NCBI GenBank assembly: GCA_016716425.1
Contig: JADJWJ010000007.1
Span: 93,888-157,887 of the forward strand
Direction of reading: 5' to 3'
From: Betaproteobacteria bacterium
Lineage (GTDB): Bacteria > Pseudomonadota > Gammaproteobacteria > Burkholderiales > Casimicrobiaceae
DNA length: 64,000 nucleotides
Both the position numbers and the translations under genes were made by a program. Below the pieces are notes generated by a model. The model was not told where the DNA came from and made no database searches. It was given only the letters and a program-made list of their open reading frames with translations. Positions 20,699 through 29,792 of this stretch are shown one piece after another. Position 1 is the stretch's first letter. Every line of letters begins with the position of its first letter.

Positions 20699-21135
20699 AA
20701 TCGACGAACCACGTCGCCGTCGTCGTCGCCGCCATCGCGTTCTTCGCGCTCGGCGCGGTCTGGTACAACGTGTTCTCCAGCCGTGGCTCGACGGCATCGG
20801 CAAGACCGTCGAGCAGCTCGCGAAGGACGGCGGCGGCACGCCGATGGCGTTCGCGGTCGGCTTTCTCGCGATCCTCGTCATGTGCTACACGCTCGCGTGG
20901 ATCGTCCAGCGCGGCATGGAGCCCACGGTCGGCAGCGGCGCGCTGACCGGCGCGACCGTCGCGTTCGGCATCGTCGGCGCGACGCTGGCGCTCAACTACG
21001 GATTCGAGGTCCGCGGCCTGACGCTGTGGCTCATCAACGCCGGCTACGTGCTGGTCGGGCTCGTGCTGGCGGGTGCCATCATCGGCGGCTGGAAGCCGCG
21101 CCGGAAGGCGCGTGCGCATCCCGCGAGCGCCTTAG
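20695..21135 (+). pseudogene. DUF1761-like small membrane protein, frameshifted
   Basis: GGAGA precedes the ATG at 20695. MKSTNHVAVVVAAIAFFALGAVWYNVFS is in frame 1. It continues as QPWLDGIGKTVEQLAKDGG... in frame 0 after a missing C at 20777-20778 (TTCTCCAG where TTCTCCCAG is expected). The 3' end is uncertain: frame 1 stops at 21133-21135, and frame 0 stays open to 21305. Confidence 0.6.
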
Positions 21136-21172
21136 CGCCTGCGCGACGTCGGAGCGACACGCGGCCTTCGCC

Positions 21173-22297
21173 ATGTCCGAGTACGCCGTCCGCTGGGTCT
21201 TCAGGCTCGACGCCGACTGTGACTACGACGTCCGCCGGCACTTGCCACCGGACTGGAACGAGGAGGCCACCTTCGTGGACGCGGGCGGGAAGCCGCGACT
21301 CGTGATCCGCGCGAATGGCGCCGCGCGCGTGCTGGCCGGCTACGCGTGGGACGGGTGCACGCCCAAGGTCGTCGTGTGCGACGTCGTCCTCGGCACGCCG
21401 GACGGCGCGACGCACGCGCTCACGGGCAAGCCCAAGGCGTACTACGCGTCGCTGCTGCACGACGCGCTGTACCAGTTCCTCGACGCGGACCTGCCGATGT
21501 CCCGCAAGGACGCGGACCAGGTCTTCCTCGAGCTGCTGACGCGCGAAAGCTTCGCGCCGCGCGGCGTCTACTACGCGGCCGTGCGCGCGTTCGGCGGCCT
21601 GTCCCGCCTGTTCACGCGGTGGAAGCGCGGATATCGCGGCGCCGCGGCGCTGCCGGTCGCCGGCCCCGTCGTCGCCAACGGCGCCGTGATCGCCGTGCGA
21701 CCGGACGTCCTGCCGCCGTCGCCGCGCGCGGCCGTCGAGTGGTACCTGCGCGCCAAGGACGAGAACCGCCCGTGGAAGATGGAGCGTGCGTTCGCGCCGG
21801 ACGCCGTGCTGGAGGTGGTCGCCGCCGAGGGCACGATCGCGTTTCCGCCGGTCACCCGCGGGCGTGACGGCATCGCCGACGTCCTCGTGCGCCGCTTCGC
21901 AATGCCGTACGAGAACGTCCGCACGTTCTGCCTCGCCGGTGCACCGCCCGACGATGCGCCGGAACTCTCCTGCGACTGGCTCGTGGGCATGTCCGAGAAG
22001 GAGACGCGGCGCGTGCGCGTAGGCTGCGGCCCGTTACGTCACCGGCGCTCGGAGCACTGCGAGGGCGCGACCCGACCGCCTGGCACCGATCACGAGTTCG
22101 CGCCGACGGTGTCGATCGAGCCCGGACTTCCTCGCGCCGGTGATGGCGTGGCTGTCGCCGCTGCCGTATCCCATGGTGCCCGGCGGACGCGGCGCTCGCC
22201 GGCATGCCCGCGCGGCGCACTCGACCCCGTGCGCGCGTGCCTCGCGACCCCTCACTTCGCCGGAGGCGCCCATGCTGGAGTTGAGACCGAACTGTGA
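21173..22297 (+). CDS. DUF1353-like N-terminal domain fused to a SnoaL/NTF2-like domain; 3' end uncertain
   Basis: MSEYAVRWVF...GYAWDGCTP...LLHDALYQ matches my recollection of DUF1353. The second half (AVEWYLRAKDENRPW...) looks NTF2-like. After about 22125 the GC3 of this frame falls and the tail is junk-like. Confidence 0.5.
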   Translation: MSEYAVRWVFRLDADCDYDVRRHLPPDWNEEATFVDAGGKPRLVIRANGAARVLAGYAWDGCTPKVVVCDVVLGTPDGATHALTGKPKAYYASLLHDALYQFLDADLPMSRKDADQVFLELLTRESFAPRGVYYAAVRAFGGLSRLFTRWKRGYRGAAALPVAGPVVANGAVIAVRPDVLPPSPRAAVEWYLRAKDENRPWKMERAFAPDAVLEVVAAEGTIAFPPVTRGRDGIADVLVRRFAMPYENVRTFCLAGAPPDDAPELSCDWLVGMSEKETRRVRVGCGPLRHRRSEHCEGATRPPGTDHEFAPTVSIEPGLPRAGDGVAVAAAVSHGARRTRRSPACPRGALDPVRACLATPHFAGGAHAGVETEL

Positions 22298-22643
22298 AAA
22301 CTGCAACAAGCCGCTGCCGCCGGCCGCCACCGACGCGCGGATCTGCTCGTACGAGTGCACGTTCTGCGCCGACTGCGTCGAGCGCGTGCTGCTCGACGTG
22401 TGCCCGAACTGCGGCGGCGGCTTCGCGCCCCGGCCGATCCGGCCGGCGACGGACCGGAAGGGCGGCAATTTCCTCGGCAAGGATCCGGCGAGCACCACGG
22501 TGCGTCACCGGCCCCTCGACGGCGCCGCGCACGCTCGGTTCGCGTCGGCGCTGAAGTCGATCCCGCCCGCGCTGCGGGCTTCGACCCCCCCCGGTCGCTG
22601 CGCTGGACGGGGTGGTCCGACCCGGCATCCGATGTCATCGTAG
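22272..22643 (+). CDS. DUF1272-like zinc-ribbon protein
   Basis: MLELRPNCENCNKPLPP...CSYECTFCADC...CPNCGG, with GGAGG 6 nt upstream of the ATG. An upstream GTG/ATG at 22140/22143 is possible because GC3 is high there. Confidence 0.7.
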   Translation: MLELRPNCENCNKPLPPAATDARICSYECTFCADCVERVLLDVCPNCGGGFAPRPIRPATDRKGGNFLGKDPASTTVRHRPLDGAAHARFASALKSIPPALRASTPPGRCAGRGGPTRHPMSS

Positions 22644-22659
22644 AACAGGAAGTGCCGTC

Positions 22660-23049
22660 ATGACCACCCGCGGCTTCGTCGCCACCCACGCGCGCGACGC
22701 GCGCTTCGAGCGCGGGCTGCGCTCGTTCTTCGAGTACCGCGACCTCGGCATCCGGGTGGCCACCGAAGGGCGCGTCGTCGCCCACGTGATCCGCGCGGTG
22801 CCGGGCGCGCACTTCGCCGGCGCACCGCACCGGCACGACACCACGTTCCAGCTGGTCTACGTGCTCAAGGGCTGGATCGAGTTCGAGTACGAGGGACAGG
22901 GTGTGGTCCGCCTCGAGGCGGGCTCGTGCGTGCACCAGCCGCCGTCGATCCGCCATCGCGAGGTCGCGCACAGCGACGACGTGGAGATGCTCGAGATCGT
23001 GATGCCGGCGGACTTCCGGACCGAGGAAGTCGCGTCCGTCGCGCCCTGA
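22660..23049 (+). CDS. Cupin-domain protein
   Basis: HRHD...F...YVLKG...G...H.PP..H cupin motifs. Start at ATG 22660. Confidence 0.75.
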   Translation: MTTRGFVATHARDARFERGLRSFFEYRDLGIRVATEGRVVAHVIRAVPGAHFAGAPHRHDTTFQLVYVLKGWIEFEYEGQGVVRLEAGSCVHQPPSIRHREVAHSDDVEMLEIVMPADFRTEEVASVAP

Positions 23050-23203
23050 GCGCGGACAGGGAGCGGCACGCACAGCGCATCCTGGGCCGACGCGTTGACG
23101 GCGATCAAGCACAGGGCAACAGGTCGCCTCGGCCGGTCGGGTACACTTCGCATTGCGCAGTGCAGCAATCGCGCCCGTTCACCGACTCCCGATGCGAGGC
23201 AGC

Positions 23204-24283
23204 ATGGCCACCCCCAGGAAGAAACCCGTCGCGCGCGCGAAGCCGGTCAAGCGCGCCAAGCGTGCCAGTCGCAAGCCGGTGCTCGTCGACTTCGCGCTGC
23301 AGGGCGGCGGCGCGCACGGCGCGTTCGCATGGGGCGTGCTCGACCGCGCGCTGGAAGAGCCGCGGATGCAGATCGAGGGCATCTCCGGCACCTCGGCGGG
23401 CGCGATGAACGCCGCCGTGCTCGCCGACGGCTACACCGAAGGCGGCGCGGACGGCGCGCGCGCCGCGCTCGAACGCTTCTGGAAGCGGGTGTCGGACGCG
23501 GCGGCGATGAGCCCGTTCCGCCGCGGCCCGCTCGACGTGCTGATGGGCCGCTGGACGCTCGACACGTCGCCGACGTTCATCGCGATGGACCTGGCATCGC
23601 GCCTCTTCTCGCCGTACGACCTCGGCATGGCCGCGCTCAATCCGCTGCGCGACATCCTCGCGCAGTCCGTCGACTTCGCACGGCTGCAGCGCTCGCCGAT
23701 CAAGGTCTATGTGACTGCGACCAACGTGCACACGGGCAAGGGCCGCGTCTTCCGCAACGCCGAGCTGTCCGTCGACGCGCTGCTCGCGTCGGCCTGCCTG
23801 CCGACGATGTTCCAGGCGATCGAGATCGACGGCGAGCCGTACTGGGACGGCGGCTACTCGGGCAACCCGACGATCACGCCGCTGGTGCTCGAATGCAACG
23901 CGAGCGACACGATCCTCGTCCAGATCAACCCGGTCGAGCGCCCCGGCACGCCGAAGTCGGCGCGCGACATCCTGAACCGCCTGAACGAGATCTCGTTCAA
24001 TGCGCCGCTCCTGAAGGAGCTCGGCATGATCGCGCTGCTGCGGCAGGCGACCGACCCCGGCCGTGGCGAGGGCCGGCAGTGGGCGCGCATGCGCATCCAC
24101 CGTATCGCGAGCGAGGGGATGCTGGACCTGGGCTACTCGTCGAAGCTGAACGCCGAATGGGCGTTCTTCCGCATGCTGCGCGACGAGGGCCGCAGGTGCG
24201 CCGACGAGTTCATCGCCGCGCACGGCCCCGACCTCGGCAAGCGCTCCACGCTCGACCTCGACACGATGCTGCCCGCGGTCTGA
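23204..24283 (+). CDS. Patatin-like phospholipase (cytoplasmic)
   Basis: GGGAHGAF oxyanion motif, GTSAGA serine motif, and DGG. Confidence 0.85.
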   Translation: MATPRKKPVARAKPVKRAKRASRKPVLVDFALQGGGAHGAFAWGVLDRALEEPRMQIEGISGTSAGAMNAAVLADGYTEGGADGARAALERFWKRVSDAAAMSPFRRGPLDVLMGRWTLDTSPTFIAMDLASRLFSPYDLGMAALNPLRDILAQSVDFARLQRSPIKVYVTATNVHTGKGRVFRNAELSVDALLASACLPTMFQAIEIDGEPYWDGGYSGNPTITPLVLECNASDTILVQINPVERPGTPKSARDILNRLNEISFNAPLLKELGMIALLRQATDPGRGEGRQWARMRIHRIASEGMLDLGYSSKLNAEWAFFRMLRDEGRRCADEFIAAHGPDLGKRSTLDLDTMLPAV

Positions 24284-24314
24284 CCGCGCGCGCGACGGCG
24301 CATACCATCGCGCG

Positions 24315-24851
24315 ATGCGTCGCGTCCGCCGCCCCCTGCTCGTCGCCGCGCTGCTTGCCGCCGCAACCGCCGCGTACGCGCAGTCGCTCCCCGCGGAGTT
24401 CGGCTGGTTCGCCACCCTCGCCGGGTCGTGCTGGACCGGGAAGTTCCCGGACGGCGCGACCGAGCACACGCCGCGCTACACGACGCAGTTCGGCAGGCTC
24501 CTGCGCGGCACCGCAACGCTCGCGGCGACGAAGGACGGCCGCCGCGAGGTGCGGTTCGAGGGCGACTCGGTGTTCGCGTGGGACGGCAGCGCGATGCGCA
24601 TCGCGTACACGATCTGGGGCTCCGACGGCAGCCTGCGCACGCTGGCCGCGCACTACGACGGCGACGAGCTCGTGTTCCCGGTGCCGGACCGCACGAGGCC
24701 GGCGAACGTCGCGTTCCGTTCAGTGTGGCGCCGCGTCGACGATGCGTCGTTCGAGGTGCGGCGCGAGCGCCCGCACGGGGACGGCTGGAACCGTGAGCGG
24801 ACGGTCGTCTACCGGAAGGCGCCGCCAGTCGCGGGCGTTCCGGGCAACTGA
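24315..24851 (+). CDS. Secreted hypothetical protein
   Basis: Signal peptide MRRVRRPLLVAALLAAATAAYAQ. The composition alternates in a beta-rich pattern. No family recognised. Confidence 0.55.
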   Translation: MRRVRRPLLVAALLAAATAAYAQSLPAEFGWFATLAGSCWTGKFPDGATEHTPRYTTQFGRLLRGTATLAATKDGRREVRFEGDSVFAWDGSAMRIAYTIWGSDGSLRTLAAHYDGDELVFPVPDRTRPANVAFRSVWRRVDDASFEVRRERPHGDGWNRERTVVYRKAPPVAGVPGN

Positions 24852-24942
24852 CGGCGCGACGTCGTGCCGATTGCGCGGCCCCACGCGGGCGCGCTATCGT
24901 AGCGCCGCCGCGCATCCAGCCGCATCCGGAGTGCCCCGACCC

Positions 24943-25311
24943 ATGAGCCGCATCCTGTCGACCATCGGCATCCTCGCGACACTCGCGTACGTCGCCTTCC
25001 TCGCCTGGGCGTTCGGCGGCCGCCTCGCGGAGCTGCGCTCGCTCGAGCCCAACCACATCGGCGACTTCCTCGCCGGCGCGTTCGGCCCGCTCGCGATCCT
25101 GTGGCTGATCCTCGGCTTCTTCCAGCAGGGCATGGAGCTGCGAGAGAACTCGCGCGCGCTCGACCTGCAGGCAGCGGAACTCAAGAGTGCCACGCGCGAG
25201 CAGCGCGAGCTCCTGCAGATCCTGCGCGGGCAACTCGAGGCCACGCGCGCGGAGGTCGCGATCGCGAGCCGGATCGCCAGCGCCGAAGCGCAACGCACGG
25301 ACGCGTCGTAG
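24943..25311 (+). CDS. Hypothetical membrane protein with a C-terminal coiled-coil
   Basis: Two TM helices (ILSTIGILATLAYVAFLAWAF, FGPLAILWLILGFF) followed by a Q/E/R/L-rich helix. Confidence 0.5.
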   Translation: MSRILSTIGILATLAYVAFLAWAFGGRLAELRSLEPNHIGDFLAGAFGPLAILWLILGFFQQGMELRENSRALDLQAAELKSATREQRELLQILRGQLEATRAEVAIASRIASAEAQRTDAS

Positions 25312-25353
25312 CCGCTGTTCGCGATCGCAAGGTACTCGCGAAAGGAGTCCCGC

Positions 25354-26443
25354 ATGGCACGCATGTCCTCGCCGCGGATCGACCGCGTCGGCGTCCGCGC
25401 GATCCGCCTGCCGATGCGCGAGCCGCACCAGACGGCGAGCGGCGTGATCACCGAGTCCCCGCTGGTGCTGACCGACGTCGTGTGCGACGACGGCACCATC
25501 GGCCACAGTCTGGTGTTCGCCTACACGCCGATGGCGTTGCAGCCGACGGCGGAGCTGGTGCGCAACCTCGAACCGCTGGTGAAGGGCGACCCGCTCGCGC
25601 CCGACGGACACCGAGCAAAAGCTCGCGCGCCGGTTTCGCCTGCTCGGCCCGCAGGGGCTGGTCGGCATGGCGCTGGCCGCCATCGACATGGCGCTGTGGG
25701 ACGCGCAGGCGCGGCTCCTCGGCGTCTCGCTCGCGCAACTTCTCGGCGGCACGGCGAAGCCCGTGCCGGCGTACGGGGCCGTCGGCTACGACGGCGAGGC
25801 GAAGTCCGCGCGCGTGGCCGAGGGCTGGGCGAGGCGCGGCTTCACCGGCGTGAAGGCCAAGATCGGCTATCCGTCCATCGCCGAGGACGTCGCGGTGATC
25901 CGCGCGATGCGCGCGGCAGTCGGCCCGGACGTCGCGATCATGGTCGACTACAACCAGAGCCTCACGCCGGAGGAGGCCGTGCAACGGATGCGCGTGCTCG
26001 ACGGCGAGGGCCTGGCGTGGGTCGAGGAGCCCACGCTCGCCAACGACTTCGCGGGGCACGCGCGGGTCGCGCGCGAGGCGGCGACACCCATCCAGGCCGG
26101 CGAGAACTGGTGGGGCCCGATCGAGCTGCAGCACGCGCTCGACGTGCACGCATCGGACTACGTGATGCCCGACGTCATGAAGATCGGCGGCGTCACGGGC
26201 TGGCTGCGCGCGACGTCCGTCGCGGCGACGCGCGGCGTGCGCATCTCCAACCACCTGTGGCCCGAGGTCAGCGCGCAGCTTCTCTCGGTCACGCCGAACG
26301 CGCACTGGCTGGAATACGTCGACTGGTGGAGCGACGCGCTGCGTGAGCCGCTTTCGATCCGCGCCGGCATGACCGACGCGGGCGGCGTCACCGGCTCGGG
26401 TATCGAGTGGAACGAGGCCGCGATCGCGCCGTTCGTCCGCTGA
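25354..26443 (+). pseudogene. Mandelate racemase/muconate-lactonizing (enolase superfamily) enzyme, frameshifted
   Basis: The N-terminal 83 aa (to VKGDPLAPD) are in one frame. The remainder (TEQKLARRFRLLGPQGLVGMALAAIDMALWD...) is in the next frame. One extra base lies in the CCC/GG runs at 25600-25607. Confidence 0.75.
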
Positions 26444-26487
26444 CGTGGCGGCGGTTGCCGGGGATCTTCACGCACGAAAGGGAGGCG

Positions 26488-27342
26488 ATGGGCAGAACCG
26501 CGACGACGTGGCAGCTGATGAAGGACTCGTGGGGCGTGCTGATGCGCGACAAGGAACTGCTCGCGTTTCCGCTGGCATCGGGTGTGGCGTGCCTGCTGGT
26601 GCTGGTCATGTTCGCGGTGCCGGTGCTGGGCGTGGGCGTGGCCGGCGCGAGCGGCGCGCTGCGCGGCGGCGGCGGCGAGCTCGCGGGCTACGCGCTGCTG
26701 TTCTGCTGGTACCTCGCCAACTTCTTCGTCGTGTTCTACTTCAACGCGGCGCTCGTGGACTTCGTGCTGACGCGGATCGCCGGCGAGGAACCGACGCTGC
26801 GCGGCAGCCTGCGCGCGGCGGCGGCGTGCCTGCCGCAGATCGCGGCGTGGGCCTTCCTGTCGGCGACGGTGGGCGTCGTCCTCAACGCGCTGCAGTCGCG
26901 CGCGGGGTTCGTCGGCCGGCTCGTCGTTTCGCTCATCGGGTTCGCGTGGGCGCTCGTCACCTACTTCGTCGTGCCCGTGATCGTCGTCGAGCGCAAGGGC
27001 GCCCTCGAGGCCGTAGGCGAATCGAAGGAACTGCTGGGAAGGACGTGGGGCAGGCAGATCGTGAGCGGGCTCGCCTACGGACTCATCTGGTTCCTGCTGG
27101 CGCTGCCCGCCATCGCCGCGATCTTCGTCGCCATCGTCGGCGCAATCGCGTCGCACGGCCAGAGTGCGGGAGGCTGGGGCTCGCTGGCCGTGCTCGCCGT
27201 CGTGTACCTGATCGCGCTCGGCATCGTGCTGTCCGCGCTGCGCTCGATCTTCGGCGCCGTGCTTTACCGCTTCGCGAAGACCGGTCACGCGCCGTACGGC
27301 TTCGCCGAGAGCGACCTGCGCGCCGCGATGCGGCCGGCCTGA
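26488..27342 (+). CDS. Polytopic membrane protein (DUF6159-like)
   Basis: GGGAGG precedes ATG 26488. It has about 6 TM helices and a glycine-rich loop. The family name is from memory only. Confidence 0.6.
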   Translation: MGRTATTWQLMKDSWGVLMRDKELLAFPLASGVACLLVLVMFAVPVLGVGVAGASGALRGGGGELAGYALLFCWYLANFFVVFYFNAALVDFVLTRIAGEEPTLRGSLRAAAACLPQIAAWAFLSATVGVVLNALQSRAGFVGRLVVSLIGFAWALVTYFVVPVIVVERKGALEAVGESKELLGRTWGRQIVSGLAYGLIWFLLALPAIAAIFVAIVGAIASHGQSAGGWGSLAVLAVVYLIALGIVLSALRSIFGAVLYRFAKTGHAPYGFAESDLRAAMRPA

Positions 27343-27353
27343 AGGCGCAGCGG

Positions 27354-27995
27354 TCAGGCCAGCGGCGCCTCGAGCAGGCAGCCGAACTCGCGCGCAAAGT
27401 CGATCGACACGCGCGCGTGAACGGCACCCTGCCGGTCGAAAAAGCGCTGCGTGCCGGCGAGTGCAAACACGCCTTCGTGCCAGACGTTCGGGTGGATGTA
27501 GAGCCCCCGCGTGCCGTCGAAACGGAAGCAGACGAACTGCTCGGGCTCGACGTCGTCGCCCGGAAGCGCAAGCGGCACGAGGAACGGCGCGTGGTCGAGC
27601 GGGAAGAAGAGCTGCCCGCCGTCCGGGTGATAGTTGCAGTGCCACAGCAGCATCCGCTCGGGCGGGCGCCGGTGCGTCTCGTCGGCGCGCGACGGCTCGT
27701 CGGCGTACGCGAGGATGTAGTGGCCGGCGACCGCCTCGTTGCGCCCGTACAGCACGTCGCCGCGCCACTCGCTGACGAACACGCCCTGCGTCGTGCCGCC
27801 CTCGTCGCCCGAGTCCTCGTCGACCGGGCGCCAGCCTTGCGCGGGCCAGCGCACGATCTCGATCCGGTGGCCGTACGGCTCGTCGATGAGAAGCCCATAG
27901 CCGGCGAGCGCCGCGTCGGTCGCGGCGACGACCGGCATGCGGACGCGGCGCAGCCCGTCCGGAAGGCCGGGGTTGAGGTAGTCGGGGGCCGGCAT
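27354..27995 (-). CDS. Ureidoglycolate lyase (AllA) family cupin-like protein
   Basis: NYHPDGGQLFFPL and GLYIHPNVWHEG resemble the E. coli AllA motifs ERHPLGTQAFIP and NYHRNVWHHP. It is the last gene of the acid-sugar operon. Confidence 0.6.
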   Translation of the reverse strand: MPAPDYLNPGLPDGLRRVRMPVVAATDAALAGYGLLIDEPYGHRIEIVRWPAQGWRPVDEDSGDEGGTTQGVFVSEWRGDVLYGRNEAVAGHYILAYADEPSRADETHRRPPERMLLWHCNYHPDGGQLFFPLDHAPFLVPLALPGDDVEPEQFVCFRFDGTRGLYIHPNVWHEGVFALAGTQRFFDRQGAVHARVSIDFAREFGCLLEAPLA

Positions 27996-27996
27996 A

Positions 27997-28052
27997 AGGG
28001 TCAGACCCCGATTTCCCGAAGCCGATCAGCCACTTGCAGAGGGTCTGACCCT
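27997..28052. repeat. 12-bp inverted repeat AGGGTCAGACCC ... GGGTCTGACCCT filling the whole intergenic gap
   Basis: The arms are at 27997-28008 and 28041-28052. The same GGTCTGACCCT core recurs at 53626-53637 and in the palindrome at 61999-62048. Confidence 0.8.
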
Positions 28053-29788
28053 CAGTGGCTGACGCGGCCGACCTTGGCGCCGGACTTGCCGACCATGAAG
28101 TCGCAGTCGACGCCTTTGTCGGCCTGCTGCACCGTGTCGCAGTAGAGCTTGACCCAGCCGCGCGTCGCGTGCGGCGGCAGCGGCTTCCACTTCGCCTTGC
28201 GGCGCGCGAGCTCGTCGGCGGTGACGTGCAGCTGGATCTTCCGCTTCGCGACGTCGATCTCCACGAGGTCGCCGTTGCGCACCAGCGCCAGCGGTCCCCC
28301 GGCGGCGGCCTCCGGTGACGTGTGCAGCACGACCGTGCCGTACGCGGTGCCCGACATCCGCGCGTCCGAGATGCGCACCATGTCGGTCACGCCCTGCTTC
28401 AGGATCTTCGCCGGCAGCGCGAAGTTGCCGACCTCGGGGAACCCCGGGTACCCCTTCGGCCCGCAGTTCTTGAGCACGAGGACGCAGGACGGGTCGACGT
28501 CGAGCTTCGGGTCGTCGATGCGCCTGTGCAGGTCGTCGACGTCCTCGAACACGACGGCGCGGCCCTTGTGCTTCATGAGCTTCGGCGTGGCGGCCGACGG
28601 CTTGATCACGCAGCCGTCGGGTGCCAGGTTGCCGCGCAGCACGGCGATGCCACCCTGCGGCTTGAACGGCTTCGCGATCGGCGTGATGACGTCGGTGTTG
28701 TAGTTGACGGCGTCCTTGCAGTTGTCCCACATGGTCCTGCCGTTCACCGTCAGCGCCTTCCGGTGGATGTACTTGCCGATCTCGCGGATGACGACCGGCA
28801 GCCCGCCCGCGTAGTAGAAGTCCTCCATCAGGTACTTGCCGGACGGCATCAGGTTGACGAGGCACGGCATGTCGCGGCCGAGCCGGTCCCAGTCGTCGAG
28901 CGTCAGGTCCACACCGATGCGCCCGGCGATCGCCAGCAGGTGCACGACGGCGTTGGTCGAGCCGCCGATGGCGCCGTTCACCATGATCGCGTTCTCGAAC
29001 GCTTCCCTGGTGAGGATCTGCGACATCCGGAGGTCCTCGTGCACCATCTCGACGATGCGGCGGCCGGCCATGCGGGCCAGCACGCGTCGGCGCGAATCGA
29101 CCGCCGGAATCGCCGCATTGGTCGGCAGCCCCATGCCGAGCGCCTCGACCATCGACGCCATCGTCGAGGCGGTGCCCATCGTCATGCAGTGCCCGGCCGA
29201 GCGCGACATGCACGACTCGACCTCGACCATGTCCGACATTTTCATCTCACCGGTCTTGAGCATCTCCGTGAACTTCCACACGTGCGTGCCCGAGCCGATG
29301 TCCTCGCCACGGAACTTGCCGTTCAGCATCGGGCCGCCCGACACGCCGATCGCGGGCAGGTCGCAGGACGCGGCGCCCATCAGCAGCGCGGGCGTGGTCT
29401 TGTCGCAACCCATCAGCAGCACGACGCCGTCGAACGGATTGGCGCGGATCGACTCCTCGACGTCCATCGCCGCCTGGTTGCGGAAGAGCATCGTCGTCGG
29501 CCGCATCAGCGTCTCGCCGAGGCTCATCACCGGGAACTCGAGCGGAAAGCCGCCGGCGTCGAGGATGCCGTCGCGCACGTGCGCCGCGAGCTCGCGGAAG
29601 TGCGCGTTGCAGGGCGTGACCTGCGACCACGTGTTGCAGATGCCGATGACGGGGCGGCCGTCGAACTGGTCGTGCGGAATGCCCTGGTTCTTCATCCACG
29701 ACCGGTGGACGAGCGCGTCACGGTCGTGGCTCGCGAACCAGGTGCGGGAGCGCAGCGGGGCCTTCTTCTTCGTGGGCTTCTTGCTCAT
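28052..29788 (-). CDS. IlvD/Edd-family sugar-acid dehydratase
   Basis: 578 aa. Motifs ICNTWS, GCDKTTPA and the MTMGTAST region. An aldonate dehydratase is more likely than biosynthetic IlvD, given the context. Confidence 0.9.
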   Translation of the reverse strand: MSKKPTKKKAPLRSRTWFASHDRDALVHRSWMKNQGIPHDQFDGRPVIGICNTWSQVTPCNAHFRELAAHVRDGILDAGGFPLEFPVMSLGETLMRPTTMLFRNQAAMDVEESIRANPFDGVVLLMGCDKTTPALLMGAASCDLPAIGVSGGPMLNGKFRGEDIGSGTHVWKFTEMLKTGEMKMSDMVEVESCMSRSAGHCMTMGTASTMASMVEALGMGLPTNAAIPAVDSRRRVLARMAGRRIVEMVHEDLRMSQILTREAFENAIMVNGAIGGSTNAVVHLLAIAGRIGVDLTLDDWDRLGRDMPCLVNLMPSGKYLMEDFYYAGGLPVVIREIGKYIHRKALTVNGRTMWDNCKDAVNYNTDVITPIAKPFKPQGGIAVLRGNLAPDGCVIKPSAATPKLMKHKGRAVVFEDVDDLHRRIDDPKLDVDPSCVLVLKNCGPKGYPGFPEVGNFALPAKILKQGVTDMVRISDARMSGTAYGTVVLHTSPEAAAGGPLALVRNGDLVEIDVAKRKIQLHVTADELARRKAKWKPLPPHATRGWVKLYCDTVQQADKGVDCDFMVGKSGAKVGRVSH

Positions 29789-29792
29789 GATC

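Noticed and set aside
19488-21305. Single 1.8-kb open frame that could be read as a radical SAM-DUF1761 fusion
   Set aside because: The linker is Arg-rich junk. The DUF1761 first helix, with its own GGAGA-ATG, lies in another frame. GC3 supports different frames at the gene ends. Frameshifted separate genes explain the data better.
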